From positions 24,304,001 through 24,368,000 of the forward strand of contig CM060732.1 of NCBI GenBank assembly GCA_030704615.1: DNA of 64,000 bases. The letters are read 5' to 3'. Position numbers and translations under genes: made by a program. This document shows, one piece after another, positions 11,286 to 23,311 of this stretch (position 1 is its first letter; each line of letters opens with the position of its first letter). The notes under the pieces are model-generated. The model ran no database searches and was not told where the DNA came from. It saw nothing but the letters and a program-made list of their open reading frames with translations. This stretch comes from Takakia lepidozioides (taxonomy: Eukaryota; Plantae; Bryophyta).

Positions 11286-11891
11286 TGTGGCAGACTACTT
11301 TATTGTGCATATATGTGTGGTGTGGTTTGGACAGCGATGTAGTTGTGTAGCGATATGTATGCGCACGACAGCTGTCAAGTTAAATAAGCACAGTGTGAAA
11401 ACAGCTAGAATAAAACTAGTTATTTGTATTTAACACTTGGATTTAGGTCAAGTGTTAAATCAGGTGTCAAGTTTAGTTTGACACCTGGTCCGTCTTATCT
11501 TCACGAGAGCGGCAGTCGCGCGGCTCATCTCTCTCGAGTTGAGCCTGCGCGACCGAGCTCCTGCATGTGTTTAGGTTTGAGTGTGCTTATGTAGGGGTAC
11601 AGGTTGTTGTGGGGTGGAGTCCCCATAGCTTGGGGTGCCCCTGGCTCGACTTCAGTTTCAATGAGTGATAGCGATGGATTTTATATTTCTTGTGTTGGGA
11701 GTGTGTGTCATTTCTAGCTGGCTCGACTTCAGTTTCAATGAGTGATAGCGATGGATTTTATATTTCTTGTGTTGGGAGTGTGTGTCATTTCTAGCTTGTT
11801 TATCATTGTGGCAGACTACTTTATTGTGCATATATGTGTGGTGTGGTTTGGACAGCGATGTAGTTGTGTAGCGATATGTATGCGCACGACA
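11286..11891 (+). repeat. Composite 3' terminal repeat X(85 bp)-spacer-Y-X(85 bp)
   Basis: Identical 85-bp TG...CA direct repeats at 11286-11370 and 11807-11891, immediately after the purine tract. Confidence 0.92.
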
Positions 11892-12081
11892 AACGGCAAG
11901 GTCAAATAAAAAACTATTATTTTAATACTTGTTTAATCTGCCGCATTTCCAAATTTGGAGGAGTCCGCTCATGAAATCCGCGTATCTTAGACTTCGGCTC
12001 ACCGCTCATGCGGCTCATGCGGCTCATGGCTCATGGCTCATGGTTTCTGCTCATGAAATAGTAAACCTCATCTCAACGATT

Positions 12082-15000
12082 CCGGAGACAATGAATTTGA
12101 TGAGAATGCTCACCTGCACGTTGATCCCGAGTATGATAAACTCTTTCGACAATCGCAATGTCCATTTTTTGAAGGGTGCTCCATCAGCCGGTTGCAAGCA
12201 ACTTTGACGTTGCTGAACGCATGCACTACCCACAAGTGCACCAATGCATTTGTGGATGAGCTTCTGGGATTGTTGCGTAAGAGTTTTTTGCCTAAAGAGA
12301 ATTCATTGCCGAAAACTCACTTTGAAGCAAAAACCATGATTGCCAAGATGGGATTGCAGTACACGATGATTCATGCCTGTGAGCGTGGTTGTGTACTCTT
12401 CCGTGGGGAGTATGAGAATGTAGACATTTGCCCAGTGTGCCGCAGTTCCCGTTACATTCCAGGTCGTGGAAGTGTGCCCAAAAAAGTATTGCGACACTTC
12501 CCTGTCATTCCAAGGTTGAAACGTATGTACCGATGTAAATGATCGCTAACCTCATGACATGGCACGACAGACATAAGAGCCAGGATGGGTTGGTTCGACA
12601 TCCAGCTGATAGCAAAGCATGGAGACACATTGACACCACATTTGCGGATTTTGCTGTAGAGCCACGATCTCTGCGATTGGATTGGCCTAGACGGTGTAAA
12701 TCCCTACGGAGCTCAATCCCAAGTTGGAGCACATGGCCCGTTCTCTTGGTCAATTACAATCTGCCTCCGTGGTTAATGACCAAAAAGTTCTTTGTCATGT
12801 TAGCGCTACTGATTCCTGGTAAAGAGTCTGTTACCTCGGACAACGTAGATGTTTACCTGATGCCCCTAGTGGAAGAGCTACTGGAACTATGGAGAGGGAT
12901 TGCAGCTCATGATGTTTCCCGTCCTCGTGGTCAACGCGAATTCACACTGCGGGCAGTGTTAATGTGGTCCATCCATGACTACCCTGCATATGGCTTGCTC
13001 TCAGGTCAAGTGACGAAAAATTATGCTGGTTGTCCAGCTTGTGGACCCGGGGTGACTTCACAGCAGTTACACACATGTGGAAAAATTGTTTTCCTAGGCC
13101 ACCGAAGATTTTTGGCCCGCAATCATCCATATAGAAGGTCAAGAATGTTCAATGGCGCTACTGAGCATGGAACTCCTCCAAAAACACAGACTGGAACACA
13201 AATCAAGGACCTTGCAACAGCTCGCACTGCATGGGTGGAAAACGGAGGGACGCCAGATAGCAGGACAGACCCAGCAAAAACTCATGGAGTTAAGCGATTG
13301 TCAATTTTATATGTCTTACCTTATTGTGAGGTAATTCCTTCATGCCTTTAAATTGGCTGTGTACATTTTTGCGTTTTCTGTTTAAATTGTGATGAGTAAA
13401 TGCTCAATTGCTTATGTGTTCATTTTGTAGGGTCTCCTCATCCGCCACACGTTTGACGCAATGCATTGCGAAAAGAACTTGGCTGAAAATATTATTAAAA
13501 TTATCTTTGGTGAGAAAGACACATTGAAAGTTCGCCGTGATTTGGAGCTACTTGGGATGCGCCCGGAATTGTGGCTACAACGTGATCCTGACATAGCAGA
13601 TACGTTAATTATGCCTTCTGCCCCTTATGTCCTCACTGAGGCTGAGTTACAAGTCTTTCTGGAGATTGTGCCAGAACTTGAAAGTGCCAACAGGCTACGC
13701 ATCAGCTTTCAAAAAGCATGTGGTGAAGAAGAGTTGTCTGGCATGAAATCACATGACCATCATGTGCCCATGCAGCAAATTATACCGCTTGCTATCCGTG
13801 GGCTCATGCCAAGTGGTCCTCGAAGGGCCATTTTGCGAGTATGTCGTGTATTTAAGAAGTTGTGTGCAAAGTGGTGAATCCTGTAGAGTATGAGGAATTG
13901 AGAACTGAAGCAGTTCTCACTCTGTGTCTTATAGAGAAGGAGTTCCCACCATCATTTTTTGATGTGATGACACATCTGGTTGTTCACCTAGTGGATGAGT
14001 TGTACTTATGCGGGCCCGTAGCATCTCGTTGGATGAACCCCATGGAGCGGGCAATGAAAGATATGAAGGGCTACGTAAGAAACATGGCAAGGCCCGAGGG
14101 GAGCATGGCAGAAGGATACCAATTTGAAGAAGCATTGGGTTTTTGCACAGAGTATATGGCAGGATTTTATGGAAGGGTACGAAGGGTGTGGGATGCAGAT
14201 GAGGCAGAATCTGTGGAACGTGAAGTTGTGGAAGGAAGTTTTAAAGCCCGAAAATTGAATGACCTGTGTGATATTGTACATGAGTACATCATTCAGAACC
14301 ATCCTCGTCTATCAGTCATGTTGGGGTAAGAAATCTACTTCATTGACATTCAGATTTCCAAGTTTTAGTCATTTATCATTAGTTGGCATATGGCGTCTTT
14401 TCAAATCTCCCACGCCACCTCTGTCAATCTCCTGGCTGACCCTCGGATTGTGACAGGATATATGAAGCAGAGTCCACCGGATAGAAGCCAGACGACGCTT
14501 GTTTCGTGAGGAACAAGGGCTTGGAAGGCATGAGCAATCCCACGGCAATTCAGTACCCTCCTGATTTGCATCCTTGTCCTCCATTTGCTGTTTGGCTCCC
14601 TCAAGGTGTACGGGATCATCTCTCAATTCAATCAGATGGGCTTGATCCTACACACACGTGAGGAATTACTGGATCTTTCAGGCCTCCATCATTTACTGCC
14701 CTGTCATTCAAGAGTATGACAGCGTATGGTAACCATCACAGGGTTACATCCCCCGGCATGAACACAACAAGTATGGTGTCTTTTGATTGTGGAGTCTCAT
14801 CTGTTTTCCAGCACCAGCCCATTACCAGCAATTCAGGCAATGAATGGAGGAACCTACAAGATACGTGGGTCTTATAAGAGAAGATTTGCAAATTGACTAT
14901 GGCCAAACACAGCCTATAGTGTTTTTGTGTTCGTGGGTACGGGCGAGTCGCGTGGGTCGTCAACCTATGTCAATGAAGCAGGATGATGCTGGCTTCATAC

Positions 15001-15200
15001 TTGTCTATTTTGACCGTATGCTTCCACCTTCTGAGCAACCTTTTGTGTTTCCTGGCCAGGTTGATCAAGTGTTTTTTTCTGATTGTGTAAAGGAGCCGGG
15101 GTGGAAAGTCGTCCTGGAGAAGAGCCCCGAACACGTAGAGTGGTCTGCGACATATCAATTGATAATGATGATGTGGCGGAAGTGGAAGGATTGTTAGCCC
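12082..15200 (+). pseudogene. CACTA TnpD-type transposase (tnp2 family with DUF4218/DUF4216-like regions), frameshifted
   Basis: IHACERGC..CPVC, HPADSKAW, WSTWPV..YNLPP, WSIHDYPAYG..CPAC, DAMHCEKN, GMKSHDHH, FPPSFFDVMTHL, RWMNPMER, PEGSMAEGY, EQPFVFPGQVDQVFF; GT-AG intron 13331-13430. Confidence 0.92.
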
Positions 15201-15619
15201 CACAAAGACTAGAGGAGACTCTGGTTACTGATGGCCCAACATGCAGCCGAGCGTTACCGGTTACTCCAGAGGAGGTGGCCTCCTTTACTCCGAGCACCCC
15301 GTATACGTGGTGATGATGTTCAGCCAACCCTTGGACAAGATCAAGTCTGTGATGAAGACAGTGATACATGTAGTGACCCAGACATAGATGAGGATGATGA
15401 AGATTAGATATGCGCAATTTGTGCACTCCAGTTATAGACCATGCATGATAGTTTAAGGTGGTAACACTCCCTTCGCATTCCCATTAAAATATCATGCTTG
15501 GACACTGGATTTTATGATCAATTATGGAGTGCTTTCTTTTTAGCACCCTTTATTCATTTGTTGTTGCAATTGGCTTTGGACCAACCCGTGCTGGTACCAT
15601 TGCCATGGGTTCTGCCTGC

Positions 15620-16240
15620 AATGTTTTCTTGCCAATGGATTCGGCACACCACGAACAAGGCCATCCAGACCATCCTCTGGAAATGCTCCAATGTTGTTTC
15701 AAACATCTCCACATTGCAATGGATAACAACACTGACATTAGATGAGTGAAAGTGAGACTAGACCTCCAGCCAGCCGGCTTTCCCACATCAAATTGAAGGG
15801 GATCTGTAGATTATAGATAACGGCTGTTGCCTTCTCAATGTCTTTCCAATCACCTCTGCAATGAACTGGGGTATAAGATCCTTCAAATCACAAGTTTGAG
15901 CATCACGCACAAGCCACTTATGGGGATAGAGTTTCCAATGCGAACCATGGTCTTTTATTGATAGCATTGTTGTAAAATACATGGACCAAACATGGTCAAT
16001 TTCGGGAATGACATATAAGTATGCTTTCATTAACTATGTAAGCATGCCAACTATGTACCAGTGACGTGGCTTGTTCGCCACTCTGTTTGCCCATTCAGCC
16101 AGCTCCACATTGTCATGGATTTTGCATGCTGGATTGTGAGGCCATCCACACCGTCCTCTGGAAATGCTATCATGGGGTTTCAGCTATGTCCACATTTCCC
16201 TGGATTATGCCTGCACGAAGCAAGGCCAACTGCATTCAGC
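15620..16240 (-). pseudogene. Captured PPR E-domain-like fragments (two related copies)
   Basis: Minus-strand VWMALFVVCRIH (about 15630-15675) and ACKIHDNVELAEWAN (about 16085-16130) resemble the PPR E motif VWGALLGACRIHGNVELAE. Confidence 0.6.
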
Positions 16241-16620
16241 ACCCTCCACTTTATTATAGTATTGCAGCAACATTCAAAGCACTTCAATTTGTATCATCGA
16301 AACATCTAGGCTGGAAAAAGACATTGTTGCAGCAGAACTTAGGAAAGTACTTCTCCCCTTCCACTACACACGTGAATGAAAGAAGCCAACCAACAGCATA
16401 CGAGCCAAGAAAATATGAAACCAGCCAAGAAAAGAGCCAATATATGCAGTGAAGGTCGACACTAAATGAAACTTATCCAACACTTACATTAGAGTAGGGA
16501 AGCTAAGTCTTACCTCCATAAGCTTGCCCACATCAAATTTGGGAGCTTTCAGAATTTTTCCTTTCGGTTGAATGAACTTGGCTACAAGATCCTTCAAATC
16601 ACACAGTTTGAGCTTCACAC
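15790..16620 (-). pseudogene. RPS3A: Captured 40S ribosomal protein eS1/S3a fragments (two copies: about 15790-15915 and 16514-16620)
   Basis: CDLKDLIPQFIAEVIGK and CDLKDLVAKFI..KILKAPKFDVGKLME, the latter followed directly by a GTAAGA splice donor. Confidence 0.8.
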
Positions 16621-19500
16621 ACAATGAACTTGCAGGGATTGAGCTTCCAATGCGAACCAGGAGTCTTATATTGATAGCATTGTTGTAAACACATGGACCA
16701 ACAATGACAGTCTCTGGAATGACATATAGTACAGTAATGACATATAGTACAGCATGCCGCTTCCAGTTGACCATCTACCCATGTAGGTTTCTTGTACCTA
16801 TCCTTCCACAGGGTAATGTGGAGCTTGAAATCCAGCCCTCTTGGATGAATCTGGACCCACACTCTATCCCTGCTCCTTCAGCTATCCATGCCTCTGACAG
16901 CCTACAATTCTACCAGCAAAACACCCCAACCATACTGGTGTGGAGTTCTTCCCCAAAACACCCCAACCCTACTTATCACAATCTGAAAATGCATCTGCTT
17001 CTCTCTGTAGTCCAACAGGCATTCGCCTTTTTTGTCTCCATTGTCCCACCATTGGGGTCGGAAAGTGTTCACCCCAAAGCTTCTCCTCACCTCTTTATAT
17101 GTTTTTGGATACTTCCGTGCTGCCACACTGGCAGTAACTTGCCAAATTCACTGCAAACCACCACAGATCTACCCAACAACCTAACTTACAGAATTCAATA
17201 TGCATCTTGCGGCCGAGTCTGATGAGAGGGCAACACAGGCTGAAATAGGTTGAAGGAAAGGTGCCCTAACCACATTTTCCTTGACCTGTCCTGACCCATG
17301 GAGGATTTGACTGATGACCTCTTGTGTGGTGCTGCTTGTGTCTGTAGTCAGGTAAGTCGGATTGGTCTGTCAGATCGAACCACTACGGCGCAGATGAGTA
17401 GTCAGAGATTGAAACACGCTTGCTAAGACCAAGCTGACTCTCTCAAGAACGGCGAGCTCGCTTCTCCTCGTCTCGTCTCCTCCTCCTCTTCTCCTTCTGC
17501 ATCATTTGCTCAACGCCTCCATCCACGCCCCTGCATATCCTGCTATCATCGCGTTCCATCCCTCAACTATGTGGTGTGGCACAGGAGACAAAAAGACGCC
17601 AAGTCCCAGCCCTCCTTTCTGTTCACGATTACACTAATGGGCAACCTTATTAGCAATTTTTTTTTTAACTTTTCTAAACCTAATGGGCAACCTTATTTGC
17701 ATTATATGTGCCTTCAAAATGACACGTGTAGTGATGAGTCGTATCGTATAAATAGAGCTCTGAAACCATCTTCAGTCATGGACTCATAAGATTCCATGAA
17801 ACGTCGTCCACGTGTAGTCAAACATATCACACTAGTCATATAAACCATCCTTGTCATCATGGTCAACAATATTTGACCAATGCTCCCTAACTTTCCAGAG
17901 TCATGTAGTGATATCCATTACTACAAAGTCATAAAACTAAAACTGTAATGCATTTCAGCGCTCTGTAGTCATGTACCTAGTGCAGTTTTTATGACTCCGC
18001 CAAAGCCGTAGTCCTAAAAACGCTCATCTCTTGTAGTGCTTGCAAGAGTTCCAACGAAAGCCTACCGAGAGTTTAAGGGAGGCTGACACGCTCATGAGGC
18101 GATTGATAAATGTAACCCAAGGGGTTACGGAAGCTCAAGCAGTCCAATTCTGGTATGGGATATTGGACAAGGAGCTGAGAAGAAGGGTGCAGGATGCAAC
18201 TTTCCTACAAGTGGCCCAACCCACCTTAACAAATGTGTTTTTGCTGGTAGAGCGGGTAGAGCTCAATATGGTGGAGGAGCGAGTGGTCATGGTGGGGTTT
18301 GGTAAGGAAACACAACGAAGTGGGGCTCCTAGCTAATAACAACCACTACCCCAACGTGCTCAAGGCAACAAAGGGGCTCAGGCGAAGCCCAGGGAAGGGC
18401 AGAGAGGATCTCAATTGCAGAGGTCACTTCCTTCATTCTTAGGCCAACAACAGTCGGGAGTGTCATGTTGGGATTGTGGAGGCTTCATGTGTGGAGCCGC
18501 ATTTGCAGGACCATTGCATGTGGACTCTGCAACTGCTGTCACTCGAGCAGCAACGCGTGCTCCTGAGCCAAGAGAAGCGGATGTGGATTTTGATCCACAA
18601 AAAAGGGAAGCAAGTCGGCAGACAAGGCTTCCACAATCTTTCACATTGGCTGAGACAGTGCCAATTATGCCATCGATGGCACCCGCTCGCCCAAGTGTGT
18701 CCGAGGTAGAACCACGAGTGCCATTGGGAAAAGTTTGTATGGCTCGGGAAATGTCAGTGGGTGATACTGCAAAGCAAGGTGCAGCCAGTACATTGTTGGG
18801 GGCGGCTACGGCAATTTGCCAAGCTCCATTGTTTTCTGCCATGATAATTGCAATGCCGGGGATGCGGCCAGCAGTGTTTAGACTAGCAGCTGCACTATGT
18901 AAGAGTGGTGATGCATCGACACTATCTGCGGGGATAGCGGATAAGGTGCAGTGCATGGATGCCCTGGATTCAAGGGTGAAGACAGCCACAGCTGCGCCAT
19001 GGCAAGCGCAGCTGCAAGGTTGCAGGAGTTTTCAGCTATACCAGCCATTGAGCGTAGTATGGTGACTCCTGGGGTAGTCCTGGTGGACAATCACGATGGT
19101 GTATTTCAGTTGGGTGGCCCAGCCGGGAGGAGGTATAGGCCACTGCGGGTCTTGTTGGACTCGGGAGCACAATCATGATGTTGGGGAGAGCAGCAATTGC
19201 AGGCTTGGGCCTTACAGAGGCGGACTTGGAGCCTTGCCCTTTCCAAATTCAAACATCTTTAGGTGGTTCAGAGAAGGCGCGAGGGATTACACGCCATGAG
19301 CTCTTCATTCGATTGCAGCCGGATCATCCTACGGACGGCTCAGTCATGAGAGCTAAAGCCATTGTTACAGACGCGATGTCCTATGATGTGCTTGTTGGTG
19401 GGGCTGTGTTGTACCCCATGGGATTTACTCTGGACTTTCGGGAGGAAACAACATCCTACAGACCGGAGTGGCAGTCAGGAAATGGCTGACGTGCGCTGCT

Positions 19501-20351
19501 CACTACAACAGATCGCGATAATTATGACTGCCAAACTGTGGTAGTCATGGTTTTCTTGACTTTGACCATGACTGCACCATGTTTTTATATGAAATTGACC
19601 TCCCGCAGTCGTTCATACGACTGTAGTCCTACGAACGACTATCTAAGTAGTCGTCTGTATGACTACATGGCTCCAGAATGGGCGGAAGGCTGGTCAACGG
19701 CAATTGACCAGATTTAGCTCACCATTCATAGTCATTTCCATGACTACAGTGTACATAGATGAGGTTACATAGTCATGATGACTACTGGGGATTTTGTAAT
19801 TTGGTGTGTATAATACAATTAAAACACCAAATAATCACATGAATGACTAATGGATGTATTGGTTAGCAGGTAGTGAACTATAACTCTTATAGTAAAGAGG
19901 TTGTAGGTTCAAACTCCTCTAAGTATAATCAAATGGATAAGATGGCCCTAGGGTTAATAGGCGAGCTAGGGATAGCACGTGGTACCCTAGATGGGCTGTC
20001 ACGTGGTTTTTTCATTATTATAAAATGCATTATGCCACGTGGCACAATGCGGTGCGACGCGGCGTCTGACATATCTTTTTAATTTTTTAAGTTTTTTAAT
20101 TTAATTTAATTTATCTTAATCAATTGCGCCTCGCCATGTGGCGCGGCAGCGGTGACTGCAGTATGGTATATATATGACTGCAGTGAGAGATATCACTTGG
20201 TTCATCTGACTGTAGTCATCTGGACCGTACCATCCTGTACTCATTGTATTCACTTGGTTTGCACGACTTACAGTCACAGAAGTCATATGTACCGTTTATA
20301 ACTGTAGAATAGTCATATATACAGTCATAAATACCGCGATCTGTTGTAGTG
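19501..20351. mobile_element. Non-autonomous CACTA element (MITE-like, 851 bp)
   Basis: 30-bp TIRs CACTACAACAGATCGCG... with 2 mismatches; flanked by TGCT/TGCT; removing it restores the pol frame RALLQVRF. Confidence 0.92.
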
Positions 20352-20721
20352 TGCTCCAAGTGCGGTTTATTGGGAATGTAGTGGTGGATCATAGGAACAT
20401 GATGCCCACATTGGCTGCATTCTCAGGGGTAGTGGCTTGGGGTGGTGAGCTCTTGGAGGGCAATAGCCATGCAGATGATAGGCCTCCACCTGATGAGGAC
20501 AAACAATTGGCATACAAGGCTGAGTTGCTTCCTCATGTGCCTGTGAATAACTCACTGTGGGGTACAGTTGGGAATTTGCATCGAGTAGTAGGCGAGTGTG
20601 TGCACCAAGCATGACAGGAGGCATATCCACTGGTGAGTGAGGGGAGTTCAATGACATCACATGGACCTCCTCAGTTAGCTCATTTGGACACAGTGCCCAT
20701 TACCTGGCAACCACTTGATTC

Positions 20722-22550
20722 AGGGATTTGTTTGCTAGACCTGTTTGGAGGCATGAGCACTGGGCTTGCAGGCACTACTACGTTTAGGGGGGGGGGGGGG
20801 GTTAGCGATGTCAGGACCCCGGGCGCGCCGGACGCACCGACCCCCCTGCGACTGCAGCGTCGCACAAGAGCTCGTCTCGGAACTTACGACGTCGGGGCGT
20901 CGTAACGCCGACGCTCGGACGACGTTGTGGCATCTTGCGATGCCATGCCGTTGCCGGAAAGGGGCCTGATCCCATTCCCCCGCCAACGCACTGGGGGGGT
21001 TGCGACGCCCTGACGTCGCAACAATTTGCTGCGACGCCCCTGAGATGCTGCGACGCCGGGGAATCGCAACGAGACGTCGCAGCCCAGCAACGCTTTTGCG
21101 ACGGTCAGGCGCTCCTGCGATGGCGGGGAATCGCAAATGCGTTGCAACATTTTTTATTTTTTTTGCGATTCCCCGCCGTCGCAAATGCGTCGCAGGGGCT
21201 GCGGCGATGCGATTCCCCGGCGTCCTGGGGGCGTCGCAGAAAATTGATTCTGGGAGTAGATTGTAGAGCATAATGGACTTGGCATCCTCAGACTATAGCC
21301 ATTGTCCAGCAATAAGTTGCAATGCAGCTTTGCAAAACTTAGGCCATTGATAGATATTTGTTCTTGAACAACTCTAGGGACAAGTCTCGGTGCAAGTTCC
21401 AGCTGTGCGAGCTCCTGTAGAGTACGCATAATCTGCAACACAATGATAGGATTGAGATAGTCCCCGACGACGCTAATTAGCGACGTTCCGGGAGCGACGT
21501 CGCTGCGACGTCTGTGCGACTTCCCGACGTCGCAAAATGCCCCCGGCGCGCCCCGGGCCCCGTATATTATTTCCGTCGCTAATCGCGGTGGTTGGAGGTC
21601 ACTGGGGCATCGCTAAACCCCCCACCCCCCCCCCCCCCCCCCCCCCCCCCAAACGTAGTAGTGAGGAGTGTTGCAAGCAGGGATTAAAGTACGCAAGTAC
21701 TTGTATGTGGAGAAGGATGAGATAACTCGGCGTATTTCTATGCGCCACGTTGCCTTGCTCACACACCTGTACCCTGAGTTGTTGCCTCTCTTAGCAATTC
21801 AAGGGTACCAAAAGGCCTTGCCAGCAGACATTACCATGCTGGGGGCGGATGATTTGGGCCGGCATGGTGCCATTGACTTGGTGATAGCCGGATGGCCTTG
21901 CCAAGGACGCTCTCCCGCAGGTCATGGGAATGGCTTGCATGATGCAAGAACGCATTTGTTTTGGGAGATGTTACGAGTGTTGCGTGACTTGCAAACGAGG
22001 CAAGTGCAACCTCTAGCCTATATCTTGGAAAATGTTCATCTTATGGGGGACTCTTGGGCCAGGGTTATGGCCAGTGTGCATCAGGTGCGGTCTTGGATTG
22101 GATCGGCGGTGCTATTGGATGCAGTAGCGGTGGGATCACACGCGTATCGACCTCGATTGTGGTGGACCAATCTTGCACCACCAGAGCTGCTCAAGAGAGC
22201 ATACGATTCCATTCAACGGCCACCCAATCCATTTTGGATCAAGGGAGGCAACCACAGAGGGTGCGACATGATGACCGTCCACCTCTAGCAGTGGTCAATC
22301 TAGTGGGGCAGCCACGTGCGGCAGTGCCTACACTCGTGAGCTTTCCCTCGTCTCATGTTTTTCAAGACAATGGTCATGGGTTGATTTGGGACAGTGTGCT
22401 ACAGCAATTGGTAGAGCCCAATGCGGATGAGCGAGAGCGGACAATGGGGTTTGCCACGGGCACTACAACTGTGCTAATTTTGTCAGAGGCATCACGCCGA
22501 CAAGTGTTAGGTCAAGCAATGGATCTAAATTGCTTGACATGGATCATTGG
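20722..22550 (+). pseudogene. DNMT3-like methyltransferase domain of copy 2, interrupted by a CACTA MITE
   Basis: LDLFGGMSTGLA|GVLQAG, IDLVIAGWPCQGRS, YILENV, AYRPRLWWTNL, ERERTMGF, RRQVLGQAMDL. Confidence 0.9.
20773..21663. mobile_element. Non-autonomous CACTA element (891 bp, CpG-rich)
   Basis: TIRs CACTACTACGTTT / AAACGTAGTAGTG; 3-bp TSD AGG; many GCGACG/CGTCGC subterminal repeats; deletion derivative of 60180-61562. Confidence 0.93.
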
Positions 22551-23311
22551 CTTGTGCATGGCTGAGCAACGGAGGTTGCAGACAGTGGTGGCTACTTTTG
22601 CACTCCCATTTGGTATTGCATCCTCTTTGCCAACCGGGACAGTTGAGGCAGTGAGTGGGGGCGAGCATTGGATCATGGGGTGCAAACACCCATGACAGAT
22701 GTGGGATGAGATGCGGAAAGAGAGAGTCATTGGATCTCTCAAGCAGCAATATGAGGAGTGGGGAGAACCATACACTGAGGATCAGTTGGAGGCCAAGGTG
22801 GCCAATGTTTTTGAAGATGTTGAGAATGTTTCTTCCCAAGATGATGTTCTCAAGGTGGCTATGGCGGAGCAAGTGGAGGCTACGCCACAGTTAGGGTGGG
22901 CGGATAAGTCCCAAGAGGTTGCTATGTAGCAACCAAATGATGCGTCTCCTACCTCCAAGTGTACCCAAAATTGCAGTCACTGAGACAATTGGGAACCAGA
23001 TGTTGGACCTACAGTCACCGGAGGAGAGAGACGGAGGATCCAGCGATTTCTAAGGGCTTATAAAAATTGCTTTGTATTTGGTTTGAAGGATTTGGGGAGT
23101 TTGAAAAGCCAAGAGATTTATATTGATTTGACAAGTGACACGCCAATTTTTCGAAGGCCCTATAGGTATAGTGACATGGAGAGGTCTTTGATCCAGTCAC
23201 GGACTATGAAATTGTTCGAAGCTGGATTGATGGAGTTGTCAGGCGGGGAATATGCCTCAGGTGCCAGCTAAGAAAGATATCTATGGCAATTGGACAGAAA
23301 GAAGGATGTCT

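Larger units (their letters stand above)
103..11891 (+). mobile_element. Ty3/Gypsy-type LTR-class retrotransposon carrying a C5 DNA methyltransferase and a PHD finger (copy 1, near-intact)
   Basis: Domain order Gag-PR-DNMT-RT-RH-INT-PHD on +; purine tract AGGGGGG at 11275-11281; terminal repeats at 11286-11891; segment 103-326 recurs at 11505-11805. The 5' boundary is uncertain. Confidence 0.93.
12082..18038 (+). mobile_element. CACTA/EnSpm DNA transposon (left end missing, right TIR at 18038)
   Basis: Transposase remnants 12082-15200; subterminal GTAGTC/GACTAC-type repeats at about 17720-18020; terminus ...TCTTGTAGTG (reverse complement CACTACAAGA) abuts gag of retro copy 2. Confidence 0.85.

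Noticed and set aside
103-11891. DIRS/Ngaro tyrosine-recombinase element, suggested by the split repeats and a methyltransferase
   Set aside because: No tyrosine recombinase motifs were seen. An aspartic protease and a DDE integrase are present, and the MTase is C5-type rather than the DAM-like type found in DIRS1.
20633-21725. Multiple Arg/Ala-rich ORFs here and at 60140-60872
   Set aside because: They are by-products of GC-rich CACTA subterminal repeats and homopolymers.
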